NCBI GenBank assembly: GCA_963706025.1
Contig: CAVPLM010000005.1
Span: forward strand, 96,001 to 160,000
Source: an uncultured Actinomycetes bacterium
Lineage (GTDB): Bacteria; Actinomycetota; Thermoleophilia; RBG-16-64-13
Direction of reading: 5' to 3'
DNA length: 64,000 nt
Positions 41,343 to 51,302 of this stretch are shown one piece after another (within the stretch, counting starts at the first letter, position 1; every line of letters begins with the position of its first letter). A program made the translations under genes and the position numbers. Below the pieces are notes generated by a model. It saw only the letters and a program-made list of their open reading frames with translations, did not search any database and had not been told where the DNA came from.

Positions 41343-42680
41343 TTGAGCGGACAACACGTCCAGAGAGTGCCGCCCGGCGCCACCGGAGCCGGTCATCCGG
41401 CGCGGCAGAGGTCCGACCCCCCTGGATCGCGCGCATCGCAGCCCACGATGCCCGAGAGCCGGCCGAGAGCGGGAACCGCCAGGCTCAAAGACCTTTGCCC
41501 CGCCCCCTACCACCTGATCTGGGTGACGGCCGTCCTCCTTCTCATCGCTGGTCTGTGCATGATGCTGTCGGTCTCGGCGGCGGCCACAGAGGTGGGCGGA
41601 GACAGGTTTGTCTACATCCGCCAGCAGGGGATCACCGCCGTGGTGGGCCTGTTGCTGCTCGTGGGGATCTCCCGTCTCAACTATCGTCGCATGGGGACCG
41701 CGTCCATGGTTTTCCTCGGGATGCTGGTGCTCTCCCTGCTGCTCGTGCACGTCCCCAGTCTGAGCGCCAGTGAAGGCGGCTCCGCCAGCTGGATCCCGCT
41801 AGGACCGATAGCGTTCCAGCCGTCTGAGTTCGCCAAGCTGGCGGTGATCCTGGCCGGAGCTCATCTGCTTGTGAACCGCCGCCGGCGGGTAGGCGATTTC
41901 GCTTCGTTCATGTGGCCTTTCGGGGCCGTGGGTTTGGGGATGAGCGCGCTGGTGATGATCGAGGGCGACCTGGGTACCGCCGTCATCATCGCCGGACTGC
42001 TTCTGGGCATGCTCTGGATCGGAGGCATGCGCGGCCGGAATTGGGCGCTCACAGCCGGGGTGGGACTCATCACCGCGGTGGCCTTCACCTTCTCGAGCAG
42101 CGAGAGAACCAGCAGGGTCCTCTCGTTCCTCAACCCCTCCGCCGATCCTCAAGGGGCGAGCTTCCAGCTGTCGCAGTCCCTGGTAGCTTTGGGTCGGGGA
42201 GGCTGGCTGGGGGTGGGTCCGGGCGAGAGCGTCCAGAAATTCAGCTACCTGCCCAAGGCACACACCGACATGATCTACGCGATCCTGGGGGAGGAGTTCG
42301 GCCTTCTGGGAGCCGGCTTGGTCCTTATCCTGTTCGCCGTGTTCGCCGCCGCAGCCTGGAAGCTGGCCACCCGGTGCGCCGACCCCATGGGCAAGTACTT
42401 GCTCGCCGGCTGCGGTATGCTCGTCACGCTTCAAGCCGTGGTCAACATTGGTGGGGTGATGGGGGCGCTGCCGCTCACCGGGGTGCCCTTGCCCTTCATC
42501 AGCTACGGACGCAACAGCCTCCTAGTCATGTTCGTCGCCATCGGGTTGATACTGTCGGTGGGCCGGTTCGGCCCGGCCCGGCAGGCACCCTCTCCGGCGG
42601 AGGTCCACGCAAATGTCACGCATATTGATCGCCGGAGGCGGGACGGCGGGGCACGTGGTGCCCGCGCTGGCGCTCGCTGA
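41343..42680 (+). CDS. ftsW: SEDS protein FtsW
   Basis: FQPSEFAK, DLGT, LPKAHTDMI, GEEFG, PLTGVPLPFISYG; TTG after AAGGGAG. Confidence 0.94.
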   Translation: MSGQHVQRVPPGATGAGHPARQRSDPPGSRASQPTMPESRPRAGTARLKDLCPAPYHLIWVTAVLLLIAGLCMMLSVSAAATEVGGDRFVYIRQQGITAVVGLLLLVGISRLNYRRMGTASMVFLGMLVLSLLLVHVPSLSASEGGSASWIPLGPIAFQPSEFAKLAVILAGAHLLVNRRRRVGDFASFMWPFGAVGLGMSALVMIEGDLGTAVIIAGLLLGMLWIGGMRGRNWALTAGVGLITAVAFTFSSSERTSRVLSFLNPSADPQGASFQLSQSLVALGRGGWLGVGPGESVQKFSYLPKAHTDMIYAILGEEFGLLGAGLVLILFAVFAAAAWKLATRCADPMGKYLLAGCGMLVTLQAVVNIGGVMGALPLTGVPLPFISYGRNSLLVMFVAIGLILSVGRFGPARQAPSPAEVHANVTHIDRRRRDGGARGARAGAR

Positions 42681-43710
42681 CGTTCTCTCGAGCCGGGGCC
42701 ACGAGGTGGCCTTCTGCGGCACCGAGAGAGGTATGGAGAGCAGACTGGTCCCCAGGGCGGGCTACGCTTTCTCGGTGGTCCGTATCCGCGGGTTCACGCG
42801 TGAGTTGGGTCTCTCGACCCTGAGGACGCTGGGATCGATCCCCGTGGCCGGCGTGGACGCCTGGAGACTGCTCAACAGGTTCCGGCCGGCGTGCGTGGTC
42901 GGAATGGGGGCGTACGTCTCAGGCCCGGTGGTGGCGGAAGCCGCCCTCCGAGGGATCCCCGCGGTGGCAGTGGAGATGGACTCTCACATGGGCTGGACGA
43001 ACCGCATCCTGAGCCGGATGGTGGACAGGGTCTGCCTGTCGTTCCCTGCGGCCGAGCGGGTCGGGGGCAAGTACGTGTACACGGGGCGGCCCTTACGCCC
43101 CGCTCTTCTGACTGCCACCAGAGAGGAGGGACTGGCCAGGTTCAGGCTGGCACCGGACCGGCCGGTGCTGCTGGTCTTTGGGGGCAGCTTGGGCGCCCAC
43201 ACCTTGAACGACGCCTGCGTGGGGGCCTTTGCCCGCGCGCACACGCCTTTCCAGATACTGCATGTGACCGGCGAACGCGAGTATCAGAAGATCACAGAAG
43301 TGCTGGCGCGACCGGATGTCAACCCCGCCTACCAGGCTTTCCCGTTCCTGGACGATTTCCCCTTGGCCCTGGCGGCGGCAGATGCCGTGGTAGCGCGGGC
43401 GGGAGGGTCGGTGGCGGAGGTCTTGGCTCGAGGAGTGCCCGCGCTCTTGGTCCCCTATCCGCTGGCCGCCGGTGATCACCAGACCCGCAACGCCAAGACC
43501 ATCGCCGCCAGGGGAGCGGCGCTGGTGGTCGCCGACGCCGACCTCAGTCCGGCGGCCTTGACGCGGGAAGTCGCGACGCTCCTGGACCCCGAGGTGAACA
43601 CCCGCATGAGGGCGGCCGCTCTCAGACTGGCGCGGCCGGACGCGGCTACCCGCATCGCCGACCTCGTAGTAGAATTGGCAGCCGCGCGTACGCGTCACGA
43701 CCATGACTGA
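42613..43710 (+). CDS. murG: MurG glycosyltransferase
   Basis: AGGGTAGHV.P, GGSLGA, RAGG, VPYP..AGDHQ..NA. Confidence 0.96.
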   Translation: MSRILIAGGGTAGHVVPALALADVLSSRGHEVAFCGTERGMESRLVPRAGYAFSVVRIRGFTRELGLSTLRTLGSIPVAGVDAWRLLNRFRPACVVGMGAYVSGPVVAEAALRGIPAVAVEMDSHMGWTNRILSRMVDRVCLSFPAAERVGGKYVYTGRPLRPALLTATREEGLARFRLAPDRPVLLVFGGSLGAHTLNDACVGAFARAHTPFQILHVTGEREYQKITEVLARPDVNPAYQAFPFLDDFPLALAAADAVVARAGGSVAEVLARGVPALLVPYPLAAGDHQTRNAKTIAARGAALVVADADLSPAALTREVATLLDPEVNTRMRAAALRLARPDAATRIADLVVELAAARTRHDHD

Positions 43711-45106
43711 ACCCACTCCAACCGACACCAGCGTAACCGCCCCGGCCTGGCTGCGGGCACTCCACTTCATCGGCATCGGGGGAGCGGGGATGAGCGGCAT
43801 CGCCCTGGTGCTACACGACCGGGGCTATCACGTCACCGGATCTGACCTCAAGCCCTCGCGCTACGTCAGCCTACTGGAGAAGGCCTGTGTGCCGGTCAGG
43901 ATGGGCCACAAGGCGACGAACATCGATCACCCCGACGTGGTCGTCATCTCCTCTGCCATTCCGTCGCATAACGTAGAGTTGCAGGAAGCTCGCCGTAGGG
44001 GGATCCCGGTGGTGAAGCGTGCGCAGGCTCTGGCGTGGCTCGTGGATTCAGGCCGCGGGATCGCCGTGTGTGGCACCCACGGGAAGACCACCACCACGTC
44101 GATGATCACTCGGGTACTGGTCGACGCCGGCCTCGACCCGACCTTCCTGGTGGGCGGCGAACTGAACGACATGGGCTCCAACGCCCGCAACGGCTCCGGG
44201 GAATTCGTGGTCTGTGAAGCGGACGAATCCGATGGATCCCTCCTGCTTCTGCACCCCGAGATGGCCGTCCTAACGAATCTGGAACTCGATCATCATAGTC
44301 ACTACCTGCATGTCGAAGACGTCGAGGACGTATTCCGGGATTTCCTCGGGCGGCTGCCGGCGCAGGGTCGGCTGGTCTATTGCGCCGAAGACGCCCGAGT
44401 GTCCGTCCTGGCCGGCGGCGTGGGCTGCCGCACGTGTTCCTACGGATTCGCCCCCGCGGCCGACTATCAGGCTCGGGAGGTGCTCATGAGGCACCTGGGC
44501 AGCAGTTTCGAGGTCTGGGAACGCGGTCGAAAGCTGGCCGACGCGAGCCTCGAAGTACCGGGAAGGCACAATGTCCTCAACGCCCTGGCCTGCTTCGCCA
44601 CCTTGACCGAGCTGGGGGCGGCTCCGGATCAGATCAGCGCGGCTCTCGGCACGTTCGGGGGAGCAGTGCGCCGGTTCCAATTGAAGGGGCAAAGGGACGG
44701 AGTGACCGTGGTCGACGACTACGCTCATCATCCCACCGAACTCAGGGCCACTCTGCGGGCCGCCCGCGAAGGTGATTGGTCGCGGGTAGTAGCGGTCTTC
44801 CAGCCTCATCTCTACTCCCGTACCGAGTTCCTTCACGCTGAATTCGCCGAAGCTCTACTCGAAGCAGATATCGCTGTGGTGACGGATGTCTATGGAGCCC
44901 GTGAGGATCCCCGCCCCGGAGTCAGCGGCAAACTGATCGTGGATAGCATGCTCAGGCTCGATCGATGCAAACCCGTGGCCTACCTTCCCCGACTCGGGTC
45001 GGTGGTGGACTACCTTGAGGGACTGGCCGTCCCCGGTGACCTGATCCTTACCCTCGGGGCTGGTGATGTACATCGGGTCGGCGAGCGCTTCCTGGCCGCG
45101 GCTTAA
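43703..45106 (+). CDS. murC: MurC ligase
   Basis: HFIGIGGAGMSGIA, GTHGKTTT, EADESD, DDYAHHPTE, FQPHLYSRT. Confidence 0.97.
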   Translation: MTEPTPTDTSVTAPAWLRALHFIGIGGAGMSGIALVLHDRGYHVTGSDLKPSRYVSLLEKACVPVRMGHKATNIDHPDVVVISSAIPSHNVELQEARRRGIPVVKRAQALAWLVDSGRGIAVCGTHGKTTTTSMITRVLVDAGLDPTFLVGGELNDMGSNARNGSGEFVVCEADESDGSLLLLHPEMAVLTNLELDHHSHYLHVEDVEDVFRDFLGRLPAQGRLVYCAEDARVSVLAGGVGCRTCSYGFAPAADYQAREVLMRHLGSSFEVWERGRKLADASLEVPGRHNVLNALACFATLTELGAAPDQISAALGTFGGAVRRFQLKGQRDGVTVVDDYAHHPTELRATLRAAREGDWSRVVAVFQPHLYSRTEFLHAEFAEALLEADIAVVTDVYGAREDPRPGVSGKLIVDSMLRLDRCKPVAYLPRLGSVVDYLEGLAVPGDLILTLGAGDVHRVGERFLAAA

Positions 45107-45119
45107 CAATCACCCTTCT

Positions 45120-46121
45120 TTGGATCCCGTCACGCCTCCCGTAGCACCTCTCGCCAACGATCTGCGCCTCATCGAGGGCGTACGGTTGTGGGCCAGAGCT
45201 CCCGTGGCTCCCTTCACGACCATAGGTACAGGGGGCAGCGCCGGCCTGCTCGTCACGGTGGCGACCCCCCGCTCTCTCGCGGCAGCGCTGGCCCGTATTG
45301 TAGCGAGCGGGTGTGCCTGGACCTGTTTGGGGGCGGGTTCCAATCTCCTTGTCGCCGACAGGGGATACCCCGGGATCCTGATCAAGCTGGACGAAGAGTT
45401 CCACTACGTGGAGGGCCTGCCCTCGGCGTCGGAGAAGAGCGGAGCTCAGGTGAGCCTGACCGTCGGAGGCGGTGCTTATCTGACCAGGCTTTCCGCCGTG
45501 GCGGCCGAAGCCGGTCTCTCGGGATTGGAATTCGCCTGCGGGATCCCTGGATCTGTGGGGGGAGGGGTGTCCACGAACGCCGGAGCCCACGGCTGGTCGC
45601 TGGCCGATGTGGTGGAAGAGGTCGAGATAGCTTCAGGTTCCGGGTTGCGATGGATGCCCGCCGATGCCTTGGAATGGGGCTATCGCTACTGCCGGCTCCC
45701 CGAAGATTCCATCGTCACGGCCGTACGTATGCGACTCACGAGCGGTGACCGGACGGCCATCCTCGAGCAGCATCGCTCCTTGCTCCGCAAGCGTCGTACC
45801 ACCCAGCCCCGTGCCGCGCGAACGTTCGGGAGCGTGTTCAAAAACCCACCGGGCGAGCCGGCGGGAAGGTTGCTGGAGGCTGCCGGCCTCAAAGGAGTGA
45901 GACGGGGTGGTGCCGAAGTATCCAGAGTCCATGCGAACTTCGTGGTGAACCTGGGAGATGCGACTACGACCGACGTGCTTACTCTGATGAGCCTCATGCG
46001 ACAGGGAGTGCACCGAAGCAGCGGGATCCTGCTGGAGCCCGAAGTCAGACTGCTGGGGGCGGCCTTCCCTTGGGAGTCGCTTCCCGCTGTTTCCCAGGGG
46101 CTGCCGGACCCTGATGGATAA
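45120..46121 (+). CDS. murB: MurB reductase (start approximate)
   Basis: GAGSNLL, GLEF..GIPGSVGG..NAGA, YR, GSVFKNP, HANF, LEPEV. Confidence 0.95.
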   Translation: MDPVTPPVAPLANDLRLIEGVRLWARAPVAPFTTIGTGGSAGLLVTVATPRSLAAALARIVASGCAWTCLGAGSNLLVADRGYPGILIKLDEEFHYVEGLPSASEKSGAQVSLTVGGGAYLTRLSAVAAEAGLSGLEFACGIPGSVGGGVSTNAGAHGWSLADVVEEVEIASGSGLRWMPADALEWGYRYCRLPEDSIVTAVRMRLTSGDRTAILEQHRSLLRKRRTTQPRAARTFGSVFKNPPGEPAGRLLEAAGLKGVRRGGAEVSRVHANFVVNLGDATTTDVLTLMSLMRQGVHRSSGILLEPEVRLLGAAFPWESLPAVSQGLPDPDG

Positions 46122-46878
46122 GCGCGTCCGAGCGCGCCGCCGCATCGTCGGGCGGCAGCGCGGCCACCGGCGGGCAACACTCGCGGTGGTGATCGCCTTC
46201 CTGTTGGTGTGCGCGGCCTTGTTTCTCTGGCTGCGTGCTTCGGACGTATTCGCCGTGAAGCGGGTTACCGCCACATCCACCGAGCACGTCACCCAAGAGG
46301 AGATCTACCAGGCCACCGTCACCGCTCGCGGGGTCAGCCTGCTGCGCTTGTCGACCGGGAATATCGAGGCCAATCTCTCCGCGCTTCCGTACGTGCGCTC
46401 CGTCGAAGTCCACCGTCGGTTTCCCGATACTCTCGAGGTCCAGCTCGTCGAGTACGCTCCGGTGGCCCGAGTGCGGACAGGGTCCGGCGAAGTGTGGTTC
46501 GTGGCGGGGGACGGCAGGGTCCTGGAAAAGGCCGTCGCGGCCACCCTTCCCCTCGTAGTGACGGCCGCCGAGATCTCTCCCGTCCCTGGGAAGAACCTCC
46601 CCGCGGTCGTCGCCGGCGCTCTCTTGCTCGCGCAGCTGATAGTCGCCCGCGACGCGCCCCAGGCCCTCCCGGCAATAGATCACATAGCCGTTTCCACCGG
46701 AGGCGGGTTGGTGGTGGTGTTCGAGGGCGGGACCGAACTGCGATTGGGCGAAGCCCAAGAACTCGAGCAGAAGTTGACGGTCGCCGCGTCCATCATCGAG
46801 CAGTACTTGAGGGATGGTAAGCAGCTGCTCTATGTGGACGCGAGCGTGCCCGATAGGGTGGCTGTCAACGCGGAGTGA
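46114..46878 (+). CDS. ftsQ: Cell division protein FtsQ/DivIB
   Basis: TM helix plus POTRA (LPYVRSVEVHRRFPDTL), C-terminal YVDAS.P; precedes ftsZ. Confidence 0.9.
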   Translation: MDKRVRARRRIVGRQRGHRRATLAVVIAFLLVCAALFLWLRASDVFAVKRVTATSTEHVTQEEIYQATVTARGVSLLRLSTGNIEANLSALPYVRSVEVHRRFPDTLEVQLVEYAPVARVRTGSGEVWFVAGDGRVLEKAVAATLPLVVTAAEISPVPGKNLPAVVAGALLLAQLIVARDAPQALPAIDHIAVSTGGGLVVVFEGGTELRLGEAQELEQKLTVAASIIEQYLRDGKQLLYVDASVPDRVAVNAE

Positions 46879-46881
46879 ACG

Positions 46882-46890
46882 TGGTATTGT
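46882..46890 (+). promoter_or_regulatory. Putative extended -10 for ftsZ (TGgTATTGT)
   Basis: TG-N-TANNNT just after the ftsQ stop. Confidence 0.4.
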
Positions 46891-46974
46891 GCGCTTTGGA
46901 AGGAATAAGCGGTTTCAACGCGTACTGACGAGTAAGCCGAGGGATGCTTGACAATCGCGTCCGGTGCGGTGTTT

Positions 46975-47002
46975 CGGCGAGTATCAAGCGGCGAGTATCA
47001 AG
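46975..47002 (+). repeat. Perfect 14-bp tandem duplication upstream of ftsZ
   Basis: CGGCGAGTATCAAG x2. Confidence 0.9.
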
Positions 47003-47075
47003 TAGTGATTGAGGGATTGGCACAAAGGCTCGAGTTGGAGTCCTGTGATTCGATGATTGTGGAGGTTCGAGGATT

Positions 47076-48164
47076 ATGAGCGACACGGGATCCAGCTACC
47101 TCGCGGTGATCAAGGTCGTCGGGGTGGGCGGAGGAGGCACCAATGCCGTCAACCGCATGGTCGATGCCGGGCTGAGGGGCGTGGAGTTCATTGCCGTCAA
47201 CACGGACGCCCAAGCTCTCTTGATGTGCGACGCCGACGTGAAGCTGCACATCGGTGGCAAGATCACCCGGGGCCTCGGAGCGGGCGCGAATCCCGAGGTG
47301 GGCAGGGCGGCCGCCGAGGAGAGCCGCGACGAGATCCGAGAGATCTTGAAGGGAGCCGATATGGTGTTCGTGACCGCCGGCAAGGGCGGCGGGACGGGCA
47401 CCGGCGGAGCCCCGGTGATCGCGGAGATCGCGCGTGAGCTGGGTGCTCTGACCGTGGGGGTGGTGACCAAACCGTTCGGGTTCGAGGGGCGCAAGAGAGC
47501 GTCTCTGGCCGAGGCTGGGATCGAGGCGTTGACCAAGAAGGTCGACACGCTCATCATCATCCCCAACGACCGGCTGCTGCAGGTGGTGGAGAAGCGGACC
47601 TCCATAATCGAGGCTTTCAAGGTGGCCGATGACGTGCTGCGCCAGGGAGTGCAGGGAATCACAGACCTGATCACGGTCCCGGGGCTCATCAACCTTGACT
47701 TCGCCGATGTGCGCACCATCATGCGAGACGCGGGCTCGGCCCTTATGGGCATCGGCGTGGCCAGTGGCGAGAACCGGGGCGTGGAGGCGGCCAAATCCGC
47801 CATCTCTTCGCCTCTTCTCGAGTCCTCCATCGAGGGGGCCACAGGTATCCTGCTCAACATCACCGGGGGCCCGGACATGGGTCTGTTCGAGGTCAACGAA
47901 GCGGCCGAGATCATCTCCAACGCCGCCGATACCGAGGCAAACGTAATCTTCGGCGCGGTCATCGACGATTCCCTCGGTGAACAGATGCGGGTGACCGTGA
48001 TCGCTACGGGGTTCGACCGGCTTCAGCGGGCCGACAGGCAGGCCGACAACTCGGTCGAAGGTGTCGCCCCCAGGCCGGCGGAGGTGCTCCCACCCCAGAC
48101 CCACACGTTCGAGATGGACGAGGATGTGCTCGATATCCCCCGGTTCTTGCGCGACAAGGACTAG
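47076..48164 (+). CDS. ftsZ: Cell division protein FtsZ
   Basis: [40 protein letters not shown]-terminal LDIPRFLR. Confidence 0.99.
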   Translation: MSDTGSSYLAVIKVVGVGGGGTNAVNRMVDAGLRGVEFIAVNTDAQALLMCDADVKLHIGGKITRGLGAGANPEVGRAAAEESRDEIREILKGADMVFVTAGKGGGTGTGGAPVIAEIARELGALTVGVVTKPFGFEGRKRASLAEAGIEALTKKVDTLIIIPNDRLLQVVEKRTSIIEAFKVADDVLRQGVQGITDLITVPGLINLDFADVRTIMRDAGSALMGIGVASGENRGVEAAKSAISSPLLESSIEGATGILLNITGGPDMGLFEVNEAAEIISNAADTEANVIFGAVIDDSLGEQMRVTVIATGFDRLQRADRQADNSVEGVAPRPAEVLPPQTHTFEMDEDVLDIPRFLRDKD

Positions 48165-48172
48165 CGCCTGGT

Positions 48173-49139
48173 GTGACCGCCAACGTCGGTGAAGGGCTCC
48201 TCAGTCAATCATTAGAGGAGCGGATCGATCCCGAGGCCCGCTCTCGACTGGAAGTGCGCGCGTCGGGTCGCGTGCTTTTCCTAGAGGCCGAACTGCCGGG
48301 TCTGTTTCGTACGGTCTTCACCAGCCGGCTGGGCGGTGTGAGCGAAGGGCGTTTCGCCACCCTCAACCTTGATACCGGGTCCACCGACGATCCCTGCTGC
48401 CGTGGACCTCAACCGGGCCCTGGCGATGGGGATACTGAAGCAAAGCGGGACTGCGCTACGTGCTGGTGGCACCGCACCGGGCGAAGGCGCCGGCTCCGGC
48501 TATCGCTTCGTGAGCCCGGTCCAGGCCCATGGCGTGCGTGTCGTGGGGGCCGCGGAATACGCTCGCGACCATGCAGGCACTCCGTGTGACGGCTTGACGC
48601 TCAACCCGATGCTCGATAGGGGCCTTGCTGCCCTCCTGGTCTTCGCCGACTGCGTCCCCGTTGTGCTTGCCGGCGAGGTTGATATGGCCGTGGTCCACGG
48701 AGGTTGGCGAGGCATCTTGGGAGGCATCGTCCAGCAAGCCGGGCGGGCCATGACCGGACCGCCGGGAACCGCGGTCATCGGCCCGAGTATCGGGCCTTGC
48801 TGCTTCGCCGTCGGTGAGGAAGTGGCCCGGGCCTTCGGCGCTCGCTTTGGGCCGGAGGTCATCGCCGAGCGGGAGGTCATCGCCGAGCGGGAGGTCATCG
48901 CCGAGCCGGAGGCCGACGGGATGGAGGCGGGCGCCCGGCCCGGCGGTTCCGTCGGTGCTCACCGGGTCGACCTTTGGGCCGCCGTGACCAAGGCGCTTGT
49001 AGAGATGGGTGTGAAAGAAGGCCAGGTGGTCAACCCGAGACTATGCACTGCCTGCAATACGGACTTCTTCTACTCTTATCGCCGGGAGGGTCCTATCACG
49101 GGTCGGCAGGGATGTATCGCCTGGGCGGTGGAGAGTTGA
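48173..49139 (+). CDS. pgeF: PgeF/YfiH/YlmD family protein; +1 frameshift near 48394
   Basis: FTSRLGGVS...TLNL then QAHG, ADCVPV, HGGWRG, IGPSIGPCCF, CTAC, FYSYRR. Confidence 0.88.
48855..48908 (+). repeat. 18-bp in-frame tandem repeat x3 in pgeF
   Basis: gaggtcatcgccgagcgg x2 plus gaggtcatcgccgagccg (EVIAER EVIAER EVIAEP). Confidence 0.92.
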
Positions 49140-49822
49140 ATACGGGCCTGGAGCAACTGCGCGCCAACCTAGCCGAGGTGGAACGGCGCCTCGAGGAGGC
49201 TCGTGTCAGAGGGGGAGAGCAGGCCCAGCCTCGCCTGCTGGTGGCGTCCAAATACTTCTCGGTAGAGGAGATGGCGTTGCTTCACGGAGCAGGAATCCGG
49301 CTTGTCGGGGAGAACAGGGCAGATGAGCTGGAGCAGAAATGGCGCAGGTGGAACGACGTTTTCGAGTTCCACTTCATCGGCCACCTGCAGAGTCGCAAGG
49401 TGCGGCAGGTCCTACCTTACGTGTCGTTGATCCACTCGGTCGAATCGATCTCTCTGGTGGAGGAGCTTGAGAGGAGAGCGGAGACAGAGGTACGAGTGCT
49501 CCTGGAGGTCAACGTGAGTGGGGAGGAAACCAAGTATGGTATCCTCCCGGCGGCCGCGGAGACTTTCCTGGAGCGGGCTGCGGCCTATCGGAGCGTGATG
49601 TTCGTAGGTCTCATGACTATGGCTCCTCTGGTAGACGATCCGGAGGAGGCGCGGCCGTTCTTTCGAGGCTTGCGCGAACTCCGCGACCGCTTGGCTACCA
49701 CGTTTGCCGGCCGCTACGAACTCTCCGAACTATCCATGGGCATGAGTAACGATTATCAAATAGCCGTCGAGGAGGGCGCGACCATGGTCAGGCTGGGTAC
49801 CGCGCTTCTCTCCAACGCATAA
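49136..49822 (+). CDS. yggS: PLP homeostasis protein YggS/YlmE
   Basis: LVASK, GENR, HFIGHLQSRK, LEVN.SGEETK.G, GLMTMAP, LSMGMSND, EEGATMVRLGT. Confidence 0.95.
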   Translation: MNTGLEQLRANLAEVERRLEEARVRGGEQAQPRLLVASKYFSVEEMALLHGAGIRLVGENRADELEQKWRRWNDVFEFHFIGHLQSRKVRQVLPYVSLIHSVESISLVEELERRAETEVRVLLEVNVSGEETKYGILPAAAETFLERAAAYRSVMFVGLMTMAPLVDDPEEARPFFRGLRELRDRLATTFAGRYELSELSMGMSNDYQIAVEEGATMVRLGTALLSNA

Positions 49823-49832
49823 GGAGGATGGG

Positions 49833-50390
49833 ATGGCTCTCGGAGGCGTGTGGCACAAGACGCTCGTGTACTTCGGTCTGGCCGATGAGGACGAGGACTA
49901 TGACGACGAGACACTGACCGCGCAGCCGGACATCGAGTCCACTTACAAGGAGCGGGCGAACGTGAGAAAGATCGAACAGAGCGGTCGACGGCGCCAATCC
50001 ACCGAATTCGACGACATCTATTCTGAGGAGGAGTACCGGGGTCAGAAGGGTGGTTCCTCGTCTGGGCGCAGTGCGTCGGTCAGACCTCTACCAACCGCCG
50101 TGGAACAGCCCCCGGTGCGCGTCCACCTCGTCATGCCCAAGAACTTCAACGACGCGCAGACAATCGCCGACAAGTTCAAGAGCGATATCCCTGTGATCCT
50201 CAATCTACAGACCAGCGAGACGGAATTGGCCAAGAGACTGATCGATTTCGCGAGTGGTCTCACCTACGCCCTCGATGGGGGCATGCAGCGCGTGGCCGAC
50301 AAGGTGTTCCTGCTCACCCCCAAGAACGTCGAAGTCTCGGCGGAGGAGCGCCAGCGACTCCTGGAAAAAGGCTTCTTCAACCAGTTCTGA
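49833..50390 (+). CDS. sepF: Cell division protein SepF
   Basis: N-terminal amphipathic KTLVYFGL, P..FNDAQTIAD, RLIDFASGLTYALDG, FLLTP.NV. Confidence 0.96.
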   Translation: MALGGVWHKTLVYFGLADEDEDYDDETLTAQPDIESTYKERANVRKIEQSGRRRQSTEFDDIYSEEEYRGQKGGSSSGRSASVRPLPTAVEQPPVRVHLVMPKNFNDAQTIADKFKSDIPVILNLQTSETELAKRLIDFASGLTYALDGGMQRVADKVFLLTPKNVEVSAEERQRLLEKGFFNQF

Positions 50391-50418
50391 TGGTTGCGTA
50401 CCCCGAGGGTTGCGATCC

Positions 50419-51240
50419 ATGCCCACGACCCTCGGAGTAGTAGGCGCAGGGAGCGTCCTCTCGGCCCTGACACCAAGCCGGTCCCGTTCCGCTGAGCCCA
50501 TCGATCTGATCTTCTTCGACACCCTGGGCGCGCTCGACGCTGATCTTGCCGGCATGCACGGCCTGGCCGTCGTCGCGTCCACCCGCGAGCTCGCGGCGCG
50601 CTGCGACGTCATCCTGGTTGCGACAGAGCCCGGAGATGCTCTCGACACGCTCGAAGCCCTCGCTCCGTACCTGGGTGAGGATCACATCGTCATCGTCTCG
50701 TCGGCTGGAGTCGCTTTGGATCGTCTGCGGTCGGCGCTGGGCCCGGTCTCGGCGCTGCTCAGGATCGCGCTGGACCAGGGCGGAGTGGAAGACGGCGCGC
50801 TCGCGGTGTCTCCCGAACCGGGGACCGCGCTCGAGGTGGTAGAGCGGACCGCCCAGGTTCTTGCCTGCATCGGAGTGGTGGAAGTGCTTCCCGAGGACTC
50901 CCTCGAGACTGGAAACGCGGTGATCTGCTCCTCCATCGGCTTTCTCGCTACCGCGTTGGCGGGAGTGGAGGACGGGGCGGTGAAGGCGGGGCTGCCCAGG
51001 GACGTCGCTCGAGTATTCGTGCGTCAGACTGCTTTGGCAACGGCACTCCTGCTCCAGGACCATCCCGGTTCGCCGGCCGACCTCAAAGACCAGGTGGCCT
51101 CTCCTGGCGGCACTACCATAGCGGGTCTGGCGGTCCTCGAGGACCTGGGTGTGCGGGGGGCCTTCATACGAGCAGTCGAGGCCGCAGTGGTGCGCGCTCG
51201 CGAGAAGCGAGACGAAGAACTGTCTCACGTGGTTGAATAG
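50419..51240 (+). CDS. ProC-like protein (P5C reductase family) with a degenerate N-terminal domain
   Basis: C-terminal LKDQVASPGGTTIAGLAVLE intact; N-terminal GVVGAG present, but MPN and GSGPA motifs altered. Confidence 0.8.
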   Translation: MPTTLGVVGAGSVLSALTPSRSRSAEPIDLIFFDTLGALDADLAGMHGLAVVASTRELAARCDVILVATEPGDALDTLEALAPYLGEDHIVIVSSAGVALDRLRSALGPVSALLRIALDQGGVEDGALAVSPEPGTALEVVERTAQVLACIGVVEVLPEDSLETGNAVICSSIGFLATALAGVEDGAVKAGLPRDVARVFVRQTALATALLLQDHPGSPADLKDQVASPGGTTIAGLAVLEDLGVRGAFIRAVEAAVVRAREKRDEELSHVVE

Positions 51241-51302
51241 TAGGAGACGAACCCGGGCTAGAAGTCTGAAGAGCGGGACATCCCCAGCGAAGGGAGAGCG
51301 AA

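Noticed and set aside
48855-48908. Short direct repeats as a CRISPR array
   Set aside because: Contiguous in-frame 18-mers with no spacers and no cas genes
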